Of a stretch of 64,000 nt of DNA, positions 29,749 through 40,144 are shown piece after piece (within the stretch, counting starts at the first letter, position 1; every line of letters starts with the position of its first letter). The notes beneath the pieces were generated by a model. It was not told where the DNA came from. It saw nothing but the letters and a program-made list of their open reading frames with translations, and did no database searches. Origin of the DNA: a virus (lineage: Duplodnaviria; Caudoviricetes); the IMG/VR virus record IMGVR_UViG_3300043077_000092; one strand, given 5' to 3'. Both the position numbers and the translations under genes were made by a program.

Positions 29749-32700
29749 ATGAATACAAATTCAGAGACTCCAAAGGAAGAATTAATTGGCACAATTGATG
29801 ATTTGGAAATAACTGATGATGTACTCTATGCAAACAACACATTCAGTTTGCGTGCGTTAAACGAAACGCTGGAGAGATTATCACTTATAAATTTCTGGAG
29901 TTTGTACCAGACTCAACGGGCTCGCTTGCATATGGAACGATTCGATATCCCGTTCAGCGAATTTAAGGCGGTTTATCGTCTTGCTGGTGAAAAGAGTAGG
30001 GACTATTATCCCAGAAGATATATAGCGTATATGGATTATACGTTCATTCGTCCCGAACTTCGTAAGAAGTACAAAAGGTCTGAGTTATATGGTCTTGCAT
30101 TAAACCAAGAACAGATAGCCTCAAACTCTGATATTTTCCGATATAATCACCTTGTGTTTATCGATGGTGATTATATCTTTACAACTGAAGTTTATCCTCA
30201 GGAGTCAAAGACGGGAATTATCATTGACGTTGAAAGTAACCATAACGAGCATGGTATCACTTATTCTGATTATGTCAGATACTCTGAGACCAATCCAACG
30301 GTTACAATCATTATGGTTCCGAACTACAAGTTCTCATCCCTTACAGCTAATCAGTACGTAATTGATAAGTATAATGGGGTTGTACCATTTGATAAAATCA
30401 ACAGGTCTAGCTTGTTCACCAAGGACACGATATGCTTCTTAAACAACGAAGAAGGATTAGCTCGTAGATTCATATCTTCCAAGATAGCGATTGATATGGA
30501 TAACAAGAATGTCGTATTTGGAAACGACTTAGGTGCTGGGGGTAAGAAATATCTCTTAGCATTTATGACGTTTGATTCCTTATATGACAGACTGGAAGTA
30601 ACTACTGACAATCCGTATATCCAACTTCATACGAAGATGCCTTGTCCAAAGGAACAGCTTCTCGTTATGATAAAGGGTACTGATGGGAAGATTAGATTCG
30701 ATTCGGGTATAACGATTGATATGTTTTATCCGAATATTTATAGAATTAATAATATCCCTGAGGGAGAAACGGCAGTTGTATTTGTTATGCAGGATGAGGA
30801 GACAGTTACAGATTCCGAAGAATATGTCAATGAATTGGCTAAGTATGAGGAATATGTAAGTATGCTTCCGAAATATACCGACATGACGATACCAGAAATC
30901 TTAAAGACATACAGACCAGCATCATTCATATATTCTATTGAGGATTATGAGGGTTCGATCTACATGCCAAATACGTTAAACTACAAAGTTGCAAAGTTGC
31001 ATAAGACAATCTATGAGAATCCTTGGGCATTGGTAGTATATCTTGACATACTGAATTTACCTTCGGACAAATTCTATCTTGATATGGAAAAGATTGATTT
31101 GGATAATCGTATCCGAAGAGATTCTTCCAGAGAAGATGTTGATAGCGGTACGCCGATTGCTGAGTTTGACGAGGATATGTATGTATTTGCAATGAATCGT
31201 CATTACGTGGATACTCGTAGCTATGGATTCCGTATATTTATTGACGGATTATTCCAGTTAGATAATACCTATACAATACTCCCGGGACCGAACTTCTATT
31301 TCATTTATATCCCTGCAAGTAAAATCACTCCAACCTCAATGATTGAGATTGAGAGATACAAGTTATTTACAGTGGAGAAGAGAAGTTCGACTGATTCATT
31401 TGATACACCATTACTTGAACTTGATTTTTCTGATAATAGAGGAATGATTGGTTATTCAAGGGAGATTTATGTTGTCGATACAACCGATATGATGTATATT
31501 GGAAGAACCGATTTCAGGATTGACGTTCTCTATAAATTTGCTGAGAAAGCAGATAAATGGACAACTATTCCCGACCATAGAAACATTGCTCTTGAGAATA
31601 AGGTGAGGGTGTATATTACAAATGAGAAATATCTGGGTAGAACTTTAAGAGTTGGTATCCAGAGAAGATGTGCAATGTCAACTGGTGATGTATATCATGA
31701 ACCATCTGAAGAAGATAAGCAGACATTCTGGTATACTAAGGGAAGAATCAATAATTTTGGTGGATATGACAGAGGAAGTTACCGTATCTTCAACAATGGA
31801 CGGTTGTTGTTACCTGTTCAGTATTATATCAACCAGACTATGAAATATGGCGGAGAAGATTTCTTTAGAACCAGTTGTGAACTTCACGAGGGAGATAGAT
31901 TTACAATCGACCATGTTCCTGCTCAATTCCGTGTCATCTATTATCAGCATGAAGTTGATATGGATAATAAGAAGGGATACGTTGATTTGGATGGAAAAGT
32001 TCCATTACCAATCTCCTTAAAGTGGTATGACATTTACCTTGATGGTAGAAAACTTAATAAGAAGAATCTTGAGATTATATCTCCTACAAAGTTCTATGTA
32101 CAAAATGTCGATTCGAGGTATCACCTTGTAATCGTTGCAAAGAACCGTGACCCTGAGTTCTTCCATCTTCCATCTTATACGAATTCGATGGAAACTCCAG
32201 ATGCAGTTGACTGGAATAATACAGTCATTGACGACCTTATGGAAACGGCTAATGAACTGAAAGAGATTATTGATGCTTCTAAAGAAGAGATTGACCCCAA
32301 TGGCGAAACTTACAACATTGCAACGAATGTATGCATGAACATCAACGCTATGATTTTCTTCTTTGAGCACTTCATGTATACATTTATAAACGCAAACTGG
32401 AGCCAAATAACACAAAATATTAAAGAGGCGTTCCCGATGCTTCTTAATGATTGGGGAGTTATGCCTATTGATAGTAACGATGGATGTGTAAGAGATGAAT
32501 CTATCGGAGGCTATTTAATCAAACCAATAGATTGTAATATAAAGGTAGGTGAAGAAGATATGTTTACAGATCCGAATGTCGATTACAAAGGTATTGGTGC
32601 GTTACAGGACAGATTTGCCATAAGACCACTTAATACTGACAATTACGAATTCGGTCTCAAAGACGAGTTTATGACTGACCCTAATACCGCTGAACCTGCA

Positions 32701-33174
32701 ATCGTAAATGAGGACGGAACAGTAACTGCACTCAACACCATGGTTCGTATCAAACACCATATCGAAACATTCAGTAGTAACATTACTCTGTATGGAATGG
32801 GTTATGCTGATATCTATCAGCTTACGTTTGATGATGAATATAAGACCAAACTCTTCGTAAACGATGAAAATCTTTTGACCGAGGAGATTGAAACCGACAA
32901 ACCTATTGAGAAATTATGTATCAGTCTTGATACTACTTTCTTGACTCAGGTTGGCGATTGCAAGATGTTAAAGGTTGCAGATATTGACCCGACTGTTTCG
33001 GTTGGATACTATGTAGACGGTGCAGCTAAGGGCTTTTCATGTACACTCACTAGACTGAAAGATAATCTCATTGAAGAGGATGGTAAAGTGGTGAAATTGT
33101 CTAGTATTGTAATCAAGGATATTCCTGATACAGTTACGAAGGCGTTTATCCATTCAATTCTTCTGGCATATTAA
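29749..33174 (+). CDS. Large virion structural protein (baseplate/tail-associated)
   Basis: 1141 aa; repeated (V/I)FxxG(R)L...Y beta modules; late-type promoter AACA-N6-TA. Confidence 0.65.
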   Translation: MNTNSETPKEELIGTIDDLEITDDVLYANNTFSLRALNETLERLSLINFWSLYQTQRARLHMERFDIPFSEFKAVYRLAGEKSRDYYPRRYIAYMDYTFIRPELRKKYKRSELYGLALNQEQIASNSDIFRYNHLVFIDGDYIFTTEVYPQESKTGIIIDVESNHNEHGITYSDYVRYSETNPTVTIIMVPNYKFSSLTANQYVIDKYNGVVPFDKINRSSLFTKDTICFLNNEEGLARRFISSKIAIDMDNKNVVFGNDLGAGGKKYLLAFMTFDSLYDRLEVTTDNPYIQLHTKMPCPKEQLLVMIKGTDGKIRFDSGITIDMFYPNIYRINNIPEGETAVVFVMQDEETVTDSEEYVNELAKYEEYVSMLPKYTDMTIPEILKTYRPASFIYSIEDYEGSIYMPNTLNYKVAKLHKTIYENPWALVVYLDILNLPSDKFYLDMEKIDLDNRIRRDSSREDVDSGTPIAEFDEDMYVFAMNRHYVDTRSYGFRIFIDGLFQLDNTYTILPGPNFYFIYIPASKITPTSMIEIERYKLFTVEKRSSTDSFDTPLLELDFSDNRGMIGYSREIYVVDTTDMMYIGRTDFRIDVLYKFAEKADKWTTIPDHRNIALENKVRVYITNEKYLGRTLRVGIQRRCAMSTGDVYHEPSEEDKQTFWYTKGRINNFGGYDRGSYRIFNNGRLLLPVQYYINQTMKYGGEDFFRTSCELHEGDRFTIDHVPAQFRVIYYQHEVDMDNKKGYVDLDGKVPLPISLKWYDIYLDGRKLNKKNLEIISPTKFYVQNVDSRYHLVIVAKNRDPEFFHLPSYTNSMETPDAVDWNNTVIDDLMETANELKEIIDASKEEIDPNGETYNIATNVCMNINAMIFFFEHFMYTFINANWSQITQNIKEAFPMLLNDWGVMPIDSNDGCVRDESIGGYLIKPIDCNIKVGEEDMFTDPNVDYKGIGALQDRFAIRPLNTDNYEFGLKDEFMTDPNTAEPAIVNEDGTVTALNTMVRIKHHIETFSSNITLYGMGYADIYQLTFDDEYKTKLFVNDENLLTEEIETDKPIEKLCISLDTTFLTQVGDCKMLKVADIDPTVSVGYYVDGAAKGFSCTLTRLKDNLIEEDGKVVKLSSIVIKDIPDTVTKAFIHSILLAY

Positions 33175-33200
33175 AAAATGAAAGGTGGTGAGGACCTAAA

Positions 33201-35549
33201 ATGAAACTAATAAAGGTTCGCGACAACAAAAATAGACCCATTAACAATTTAGATGTCATGATGGGTGCATTATTCGGCGATAAAGTACCGAGAGAATTTG
33301 TCGTTGACAAATACTACAAAGCTGGAGATAGAGTTTACACGTTTGATGACGATGGGAACTTGAACGTCTGGATTTGTAATCTCAGTGGTACATTCAAGAC
33401 TTGCAGAGAACCAAACTTTTCAGAATGGTCTCTCAATTCGATTATTGAGCAATACAAGAATCGCCCGGTTACAATACCGGGCGAAACAATTAATCCTCAG
33501 ATGTATGAGTGTAGATCCGCTGTATCTGAAAGAGATGAATACATTGAATATGATGGATTCGCTCATTTTGATACTAATGTAAAAGGATTTAATCTGGGTG
33601 ACTATAATGGTGAAGATGATATCGTTGATATTTATTTACGTAGAGAGCATTCAGACCATTACTTACGCAGAGAGGATTACAAACTTGCAGGATACAAGTT
33701 GCGTATATCACTTCCTCTTGAGGATATGGTAGACGAATCGACAAATACGACAAAGTTTCTTCCTGAAGGAACTCTTGTTGAAGATACTGCGAACGAGAAT
33801 TACTGGTACAATGAAGACGGTGTTAATAAGACATGTGGTACCGGTGTTAATGGTATTCAGGAAGACAATATTGATGTACTTGCATCATTTGGAAAATCAA
33901 TTGAGTATGGATACAAAATTGCTAGTGTCAAGGCTGTATCTGTACATACCGTAGTTGGTTCTCCATTAAATTATCAACTTGAAAAGCCTATATACAGATT
34001 GGATGAAATCGAAGTTCCTGAACACGATGCAATAGGAAACAATGTCGATGGAGATGTACAAACTGTATCGTTCAAAGTAGATATTGAGCCCGATAGAGGA
34101 GTATATGATGTCGTTACATTATCCTATAGTAAGGATACTCAAAAGGTTTCTATCCACTCAGAAAACGGCTATGTACAGCAGGTGAAATTCACCGTTGTTG
34201 CAAGAAAAGATAAACCGCTTAGTGTCTTTATGATTGGAAGTAAAGCGGTAAGTCCAATGGCTCGGTTTATCAAAGTTATCAATGAATATGGAGAAGTGGT
34301 TGAAGTAGATGGGGAGCATTTAATCAAGATGCCTTGTCTTGACTTACTTCGTCATAACAGCTTTGAATTCGAGCTTTATGTAGACAGAGTATTTCGTAGT
34401 GACTATGAAGAGGTCATGGATGAAGAAGAGGGTTCAATCTATATCAGATTACTTGATACAACTGGTATTGATTGGGAGAATACTACGTTCTTATTCCACA
34501 TTTTCTATTGTATCTCTCAGGATGCTGCGATTATTAAGTCAAGCGATACAAAACTTGTGGAAACAGATAAGGATGCGTTCCGCATTGCACTTACAACGCA
34601 GTTTATCAACAAGTTCCAATGGCTTAAGATGAGAGAAGACTCAAAGCTTATCCCACCAGAATATACGGTTGGTAGTAAAGGAACTGCAAATATCATCAGT
34701 GAAGACCACTATCTGTCTATTGGACATAAGCTGAAAGCAGATGTCTTCAGTCTGGTCTTCAAAGATAACATTATTCGTCGTGCAGACAGTGCGACAGACA
34801 CATGTAACTCTGAGTCTTATCCTATTATGGAAGATACCAGAGACCTTACAGTACCATTTATGGATTATGATCCGGAATATGATGATTTCTTAATCTTCAA
34901 ATCTGGTGGAGTTCTTGTGAGCTCATCCAAGTGGTTCTTGAATAACAAGTATGTCAACTTGTATATACATGAGAATCCATTACTTCGTGGAGATTATGTA
35001 GATTTCAGATTGCTTGACCGTGATGATACGGTTCGTGTGGATAGTTTCTTCCTTGATGTCAATGTAGATGAGAAATCAGTTGATACTGGAATTGACTTAG
35101 ACAAATCTGCTTTCTATTTATTATTCACAGTAAGTGGAGAATACATCAGCAACTCCAAGTATACAGTTGATGGTTCGACCATTAAGTTCAAGGCAGAATC
35201 TGATGGTTGTGATCAACCATATACACCAACTCATGGTGGAAGATTGGAACTTGTAGTTGGAGTTTACAAAAAAGAATACAGTACGACACTTTATAAGATG
35301 ATTCAGATCGAAACAACCGTTGATGACCAGCGTGAATTCAGTTTCGAGGATAACATTGAGTACAACCCATCATCTGATAATCTCCTGATTTTCAGAAAAG
35401 ACGGAATGTATATCGGCGAAAGGTTTTACCATACGGATGAAACATGCGGAAAGATCATTATCGATAAAGGATCAGGAGTTCCGCTTGGAAGCTATATTGA
35501 CGTTCTACTTATACGAAATATGTCCGTAAGAGTAAAACCGACTATATAG
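33201..35549 (+). CDS. Virion structural protein with repeated beta-rich modules
   Basis: 782 aa; repeated LIF..G.Y...Y...G.I...G.Y.D modules; same operon as the previous gene. Confidence 0.6.
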   Translation: MKLIKVRDNKNRPINNLDVMMGALFGDKVPREFVVDKYYKAGDRVYTFDDDGNLNVWICNLSGTFKTCREPNFSEWSLNSIIEQYKNRPVTIPGETINPQMYECRSAVSERDEYIEYDGFAHFDTNVKGFNLGDYNGEDDIVDIYLRREHSDHYLRREDYKLAGYKLRISLPLEDMVDESTNTTKFLPEGTLVEDTANENYWYNEDGVNKTCGTGVNGIQEDNIDVLASFGKSIEYGYKIASVKAVSVHTVVGSPLNYQLEKPIYRLDEIEVPEHDAIGNNVDGDVQTVSFKVDIEPDRGVYDVVTLSYSKDTQKVSIHSENGYVQQVKFTVVARKDKPLSVFMIGSKAVSPMARFIKVINEYGEVVEVDGEHLIKMPCLDLLRHNSFEFELYVDRVFRSDYEEVMDEEEGSIYIRLLDTTGIDWENTTFLFHIFYCISQDAAIIKSSDTKLVETDKDAFRIALTTQFINKFQWLKMREDSKLIPPEYTVGSKGTANIISEDHYLSIGHKLKADVFSLVFKDNIIRRADSATDTCNSESYPIMEDTRDLTVPFMDYDPEYDDFLIFKSGGVLVSSSKWFLNNKYVNLYIHENPLLRGDYVDFRLLDRDDTVRVDSFFLDVNVDEKSVDTGIDLDKSAFYLLFTVSGEYISNSKYTVDGSTIKFKAESDGCDQPYTPTHGGRLELVVGVYKKEYSTTLYKMIQIETTVDDQREFSFEDNIEYNPSSDNLLIFRKDGMYIGERFYHTDETCGKIIIDKGSGVPLGSYIDVLLIRNMSVRVKPTI

Positions 35550-35570
35550 AAGAGAGGGAGGGCGAATTTA

Positions 35571-36218
35571 ATGTCATTCTTAGGAAGATTGAAATGGCTC
35601 ATTACCGGAAACGGTGATGCACCATCAGCAACAGATGATAAAACCGCAGCGGGTACATCTAGTAGTCCAAACCACCCACTTACCGATGACAACACGGGAA
35701 TGACAGACGAAGAGTTTGTGGCAATACTTATGAATCATCCTATATTCGCTGAGTTAAGAGAATGGGAAGAGTATAGGGTAAGAGTACTTGACATTACAGA
35801 TCCGATCAAACGGAATATGGCTAGATTTTACCTTGGACTGTTCTTCAACAAATTCAAATGTGCTGTAGAGACATCGGTGAAAGAACATCACAAATATCTC
35901 GACGATACAGTAGCATTGAACAATTTAATAATCGAAACGATCAATGACGTCCGAGAGTCCGCTTTGGCAGGTGGGGTTCCGGAAATATTTCTGGATAAGT
36001 TTACGAACTATCTTTACACCCAGACTAAAATTTTCGACTCCACTTGTAAGGATTTGGATAGATTTGAATATTACAATAACCCACTCGCTCGTGCAACGTT
36101 CAGACTTGATTTGGAGTTTATGACTATACGGAATATAACTTCAGAGATAGAGTCTGTAATAAACGACATGAACGGACAGCTACATATGGCGTTAGAAGGT
36201 TCAGTGTTCGATGAGTAA
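35571..36218 (+). CDS. Hypothetical protein
   Basis: RBS GGGAGG. Confidence 0.65.
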   Translation: MSFLGRLKWLITGNGDAPSATDDKTAAGTSSSPNHPLTDDNTGMTDEEFVAILMNHPIFAELREWEEYRVRVLDITDPIKRNMARFYLGLFFNKFKCAVETSVKEHHKYLDDTVALNNLIIETINDVRESALAGGVPEIFLDKFTNYLYTQTKIFDSTCKDLDRFEYYNNPLARATFRLDLEFMTIRNITSEIESVINDMNGQLHMALEGSVFDE

Positions 36219-36248
36219 GGTTTTTGTTTTAAGAAAGGACTGAATGCT

Positions 36249-36857
36249 ATGCAATTAATACGTTTAGTTAGTCAGATCCCACCAGATTTGAGACGGTTAA
36301 CGCTTATTGTAGCTACAAGCACAACAACAACAACATCATCATCAAGTACAGCGACAGAGACGGTATCAACCTTGTCATCTTTAGTTAAACTAATTTCAGA
36401 TTTCGGAGTAGAGATAGTAATTACAGCAGTAATGGTAATCTTTATGTACCGCTACATGAAGAACCTCATAAAACGAGACAACGAACTCTATGAAAGCATA
36501 ATCCCGAAAGTAGAGGGTTTGAGTACGTCAATTAAGTCTATGGAATCTGACATCAACAAACTTGTGAGCAACCACAACACGCATTCAAATGCGATGTTAC
36601 GTGCTTTGGAGAAGGATCAAGATGAGATTCGAGACATAGTCTTCGAAAATCAGAACCAATTGAGAAATTTAGCTGCGAAAGTAGCTGCCTTACAAAGTAA
36701 CCAAGATATTATGCTCCGAATGATTGCGGCATTAAATAGCTACAATATGTCCAGAACTATATCTGGTGGTGAGGTAATTGATTTCACTCAACCGGAAGGT
36801 AACAGTAGTGTTGGGGATAAACCTTCTGGAAACAGTGACCCCCAGACAAAAAAATAA
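36249..36857 (+). CDS. Membrane protein with coiled coil (possibly holin-like)
   Basis: Thr/Ser tract, one TM segment (FGVEIVITAVMVIFMY), coiled coil. Confidence 0.5.
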   Translation: MQLIRLVSQIPPDLRRLTLIVATSTTTTTSSSSTATETVSTLSSLVKLISDFGVEIVITAVMVIFMYRYMKNLIKRDNELYESIIPKVEGLSTSIKSMESDINKLVSNHNTHSNAMLRALEKDQDEIRDIVFENQNQLRNLAAKVAALQSNQDIMLRMIAALNSYNMSRTISGGEVIDFTQPEGNSSVGDKPSGNSDPQTKK

Positions 36858-36861
36858 CAAT

Positions 36862-36915
36862 AGAAGAGAAACGAACTTGCAACAACCAACTTGTCAAGTT
36901 CGTTTCTCTTATTTT
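36862..36915. terminator. Bidirectional terminator
   Basis: AAGAGAAACGAACTTG/CAAGTTCGTTTCTCTT between convergent genes. Confidence 0.75.
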
Positions 36916-37624
36916 AATGCTTTACTTCTATTTCCCGATACTTATCAATATCAATAACGCCATTGGTTACATGATAGATACTGGAGTTGTATTCTCCTGC
37001 CCAGAATTGATAATACTCTAAATACATATTGTAATTATCTACATTCATATCAAGCTGGGTTTCTGCGACGTAGATATCTTGTAGTGTATCAAGTATGTCA
37101 GAATCTGCTTTAATCTCTGGATGGTTATTGAGTAATGCATTAAGGGTTATATATCCATTATACGGATCATTTGAATAATCTTCATCCGATGGAAATTGGG
37201 TTTTGAATAATCTCTGTACAACTTGATCTTCTGAGTTGGTGCAGATTTCCTTTATCATATAGTATAAATCCGTAGATAACGCTTCAATCTGGTCATAATT
37301 AGTTGAAATCTCTAATGCCGTAGAAGCCATCATATCGGAATACAGTATCGCCCGTTCCTCTGCGTACTTACCATTATACGCATCCTGTGTCAATAATCTA
37401 AACCCAATGCAAAGGTTAAATACAACAACCATGAATAATACGGTTGGGTATAGGTATCTCATCCAACCATATTTGAAATAAACCCATTTGGAACCTTTTG
37501 CTCCATTAAACTGCGTTCCATTCTTGAGATATCTATTTCTTTTTCTATCACCTTCTGACAATATAGGTCTCCATTCCCTTTTTATCTTTTTTCTTGCTCT
37601 CGTTTCTTCTAAGTGACGATTCAT
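36914..37624 (-). CDS. LemA-like membrane protein
   Basis: TM segment, then HPEIKAD...LQDIYVAETQLDMNVDNYN resembling LemA YPDLKAN...LQ...E.I....YN. Confidence 0.55.
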   Translation of the reverse strand: MNRHLEETRARKKIKREWRPILSEGDRKRNRYLKNGTQFNGAKGSKWVYFKYGWMRYLYPTVLFMVVVFNLCIGFRLLTQDAYNGKYAEERAILYSDMMASTALEISTNYDQIEALSTDLYYMIKEICTNSEDQVVQRLFKTQFPSDEDYSNDPYNGYITLNALLNNHPEIKADSDILDTLQDIYVAETQLDMNVDNYNMYLEYYQFWAGEYNSSIYHVTNGVIDIDKYREIEVKH

Positions 37625-37671
37625 GTGCTCACTCTCCTCTTCCTGAAAATGAATTTTTAAACATTATGGTA

Positions 37672-37935
37672 ATGCTTTAAACCGGCGCTGTGTGTATAAG
37701 ATTGTGTAAATCAGGTATTCTCCTGTTATCGCTAATACGATTGAACTGGTCATTTGTTTTGATGTTGCGCCTTATGAAATAGTATTGCATGTTTTTCATT
37801 TGACATAGAAGACTCCTAAGAATTCAGTTATGCTTATACGATAATAACCTCTCGTGTAAGATTTGTAACAGCCGGTAAAGCAGACATTGAGTAACCGTAT
37901 GCATCTTTTTGCCAGTGCATACGGTTACTCTTTGT
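37672..37935 (+). ncRNA. Candidate late small RNA B
   Basis: AACA-N6-TA at 37660-37671; the ends pair (TGCTTTA/ACCGGC with GCCGGT/AAAGCA); 15-bp hairpin GAGTAACCGTATGCA/TGCATACGGTTACTC. Confidence 0.55.
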
Positions 37936-37947
37936 TCGTTTCATAAT

Positions 37948-39444
37948 TTAGATGTTTGCATATGCATAAATACCTGCGATACCATCTTTAAATGGCGCAG
38001 TATCAATATCATAGTTACCATCATTATGGGAAACAAACATATTGCTACGTGGGTTATCACGCTTATAATATTCTTCCCCAATCTTCCCTATCTTGTGGCA
38101 GAATATATTCTCGATATCACCATCGAAATCCGCATTTGCTTTGTTCAGTACATATGTCGGAATACCCATACAATAATCCGTAATATCGCATTCAATCTTT
38201 GCAACTCGCATGGTAATATACGAACCAAAGTTGATTGATGGGTTTCTGTCAATACTGATATACAAGTTTTGATGTGTCATAAGATGAATCATGAGCTTAT
38301 ATATCTTCTCAGAATATACAACGGAAGCCTCAGATAACATATCCCAAGCTTGCGGGTATTCCTTCTGATATAAATCATGGATGAGTGCAACAAGTTCCAT
38401 CTTATAAAGTTCCATGAAAGTTGTATAGCCAAGACCAATGTGGTCTGCTCTTAACTCCGGATCAGGAACGATAACATTTCGTCCTGTGAAGTTTAATCGA
38501 CCACCAAGAATCTGCTCGTTGATAATACCTTCTTTTCTCTTAATCGTATCAAAGGACATATCCCATAAGCTATTCACATAACCCTGAATACGATACAGAA
38601 TATTTTCCTTTCTCAGATAAGCGGTATCTTTCTTTTTCTTTTCTCTGTAATCGACACGACGTTTCCATTCAAAATCATCGTTTAACAACATATGGTCAGA
38701 GAACAACTTCTGGAAGATTTTATCTTCATCCGAATATCTTATATCGCCATTTCTGACCATCCATTTTCTTAACATCATATTGTAACAAGGGATACAATGA
38801 ACGAATACTTCGTCTCTTCGAATACGGAAGAACTCATATCCCTCATGTTTCTTATTCTTCTTGTAATATACTTCAAGTATCTCATCAAATCGTTCAAAGA
38901 ACTCAATCATACCAATTCCATAATACGGTGATGACTTATTGTCCATATACTTCGAACGTTCCTGTTCAGGTACATAATGTAACATCTGATACAGATGCGT
39001 ATTGCTAAAATACCAACCGAGTTTCAGATACATACCCGGATTGATTATATAGTTTCTATCTAACACGAACCAACCTGTTTTGCGAATTCTTGTATCAATA
39101 AATCGTACAGGTTTGTTACATACTGGACACAGAGTCTCAGAATCCATATATCTTCTTCCGATAAGGTTACCGCATGGACAAGAATACCTATCCTCAAAAG
39201 CATTCTCATCTCTCCAGTCAGTACCATATAGCGGAGAATGTATAGAATAAAGACCGGGGTCTAAATCTAAATCTGTCTTTCCTTTCTCTGTAATTCTAAA
39301 TCCGACGCCAGTGGTCAATTCATCTTTACATCTTGAATCCCAATCTGAAATAACGATTCGGAATCTAGGATTACATATCGTTGAACCATCTGCTGTCGTT
39401 TTGTGTTCTTTTTGGAGTAACTCTCCTGTTAAGTACGATGGCAT
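37948..39444 (-). CDS. Split RNA polymerase beta-prime-like subunit, N-terminal half with catalytic motif
   Basis: Zn finger CPCG...CPVC, GGRLNFTGRNVIVP, RNPSI, NADFDGD. Confidence 0.92.
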   Translation of the reverse strand: MPSYLTGELLQKEHKTTADGSTICNPRFRIVISDWDSRCKDELTTGVGFRITEKGKTDLDLDPGLYSIHSPLYGTDWRDENAFEDRYSCPCGNLIGRRYMDSETLCPVCNKPVRFIDTRIRKTGWFVLDRNYIINPGMYLKLGWYFSNTHLYQMLHYVPEQERSKYMDNKSSPYYGIGMIEFFERFDEILEVYYKKNKKHEGYEFFRIRRDEVFVHCIPCYNMMLRKWMVRNGDIRYSDEDKIFQKLFSDHMLLNDDFEWKRRVDYREKKKKDTAYLRKENILYRIQGYVNSLWDMSFDTIKRKEGIINEQILGGRLNFTGRNVIVPDPELRADHIGLGYTTFMELYKMELVALIHDLYQKEYPQAWDMLSEASVVYSEKIYKLMIHLMTHQNLYISIDRNPSINFGSYITMRVAKIECDITDYCMGIPTYVLNKANADFDGDIENIFCHKIGKIGEEYYKRDNPRSNMFVSHNDGNYDIDTAPFKDGIAGIYAYANI

Positions 39445-39579
39445 TTTATTACCCTCCTTGAAAAAGTTATTTCATGTAACAACACGTTATTCTCTTGTCC
39501 GTGCCATCTTATTAATATATACTTTAACTACATACAAAAAAATGAGAGGAACGAATTCTGTCCCTCTCATCAATTTTAG

Positions 39580-40032
39580 TTATTCTTTACCAAACTCGTC
39601 AATCTTAAAGACTTCGTTATTATAATAATCAATCCTATCTGCGGCAACCAATTCATCACCACACTCATTTGCAAGTTTCTCTGTTGAGAAGATTCCCATT
39701 AGGGATGCATCGCAATACCACGGGTCGGTTCCCTCGGTATATCCCATGACGCAATAGATATCGGGATTATATGGAACCAGTTCTTCATCCGGCACATCGA
39801 TCTCAGTCGGTTCGTCATGATCCTCTAAATCCTTAAGAGTACTCTCAACGAGTTCTTTAATGTTACCAACTGCATCCATATGTACGCACTTATTGATGTG
39901 GTCTACATCGATGATGCATTTCTCTCCTAATGGATGAAATCTGTAACCTTTTGGTAGGGTTAGTAGAATCTTTATTGCATCCTCAACTGTCTCGATAGGT
40001 CCATCAAATGCCTCAATTGCTTTCTTTTTCAT
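39580..40032 (-). CDS. Hypothetical acidic protein
   Basis: RBS AAGGA before ATG 40032; TATATTAA upstream. Confidence 0.6.
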   Translation of the reverse strand: MKKKAIEAFDGPIETVEDAIKILLTLPKGYRFHPLGEKCIIDVDHINKCVHMDAVGNIKELVESTLKDLEDHDEPTEIDVPDEELVPYNPDIYCVMGYTEGTDPWYCDASLMGIFSTEKLANECGDELVAADRIDYYNNEVFKIDEFGKE

Positions 40033-40144
40033 ACTTAATCGTTCCTTTCTTGTACAAGTTTTTATTTTACTTTGGTACTCCAATTTAATATAGGTTTAAA
40101 AAGACGAGAGGATAATCTATGAAAATCCTCTCGTCTTAATGTTT

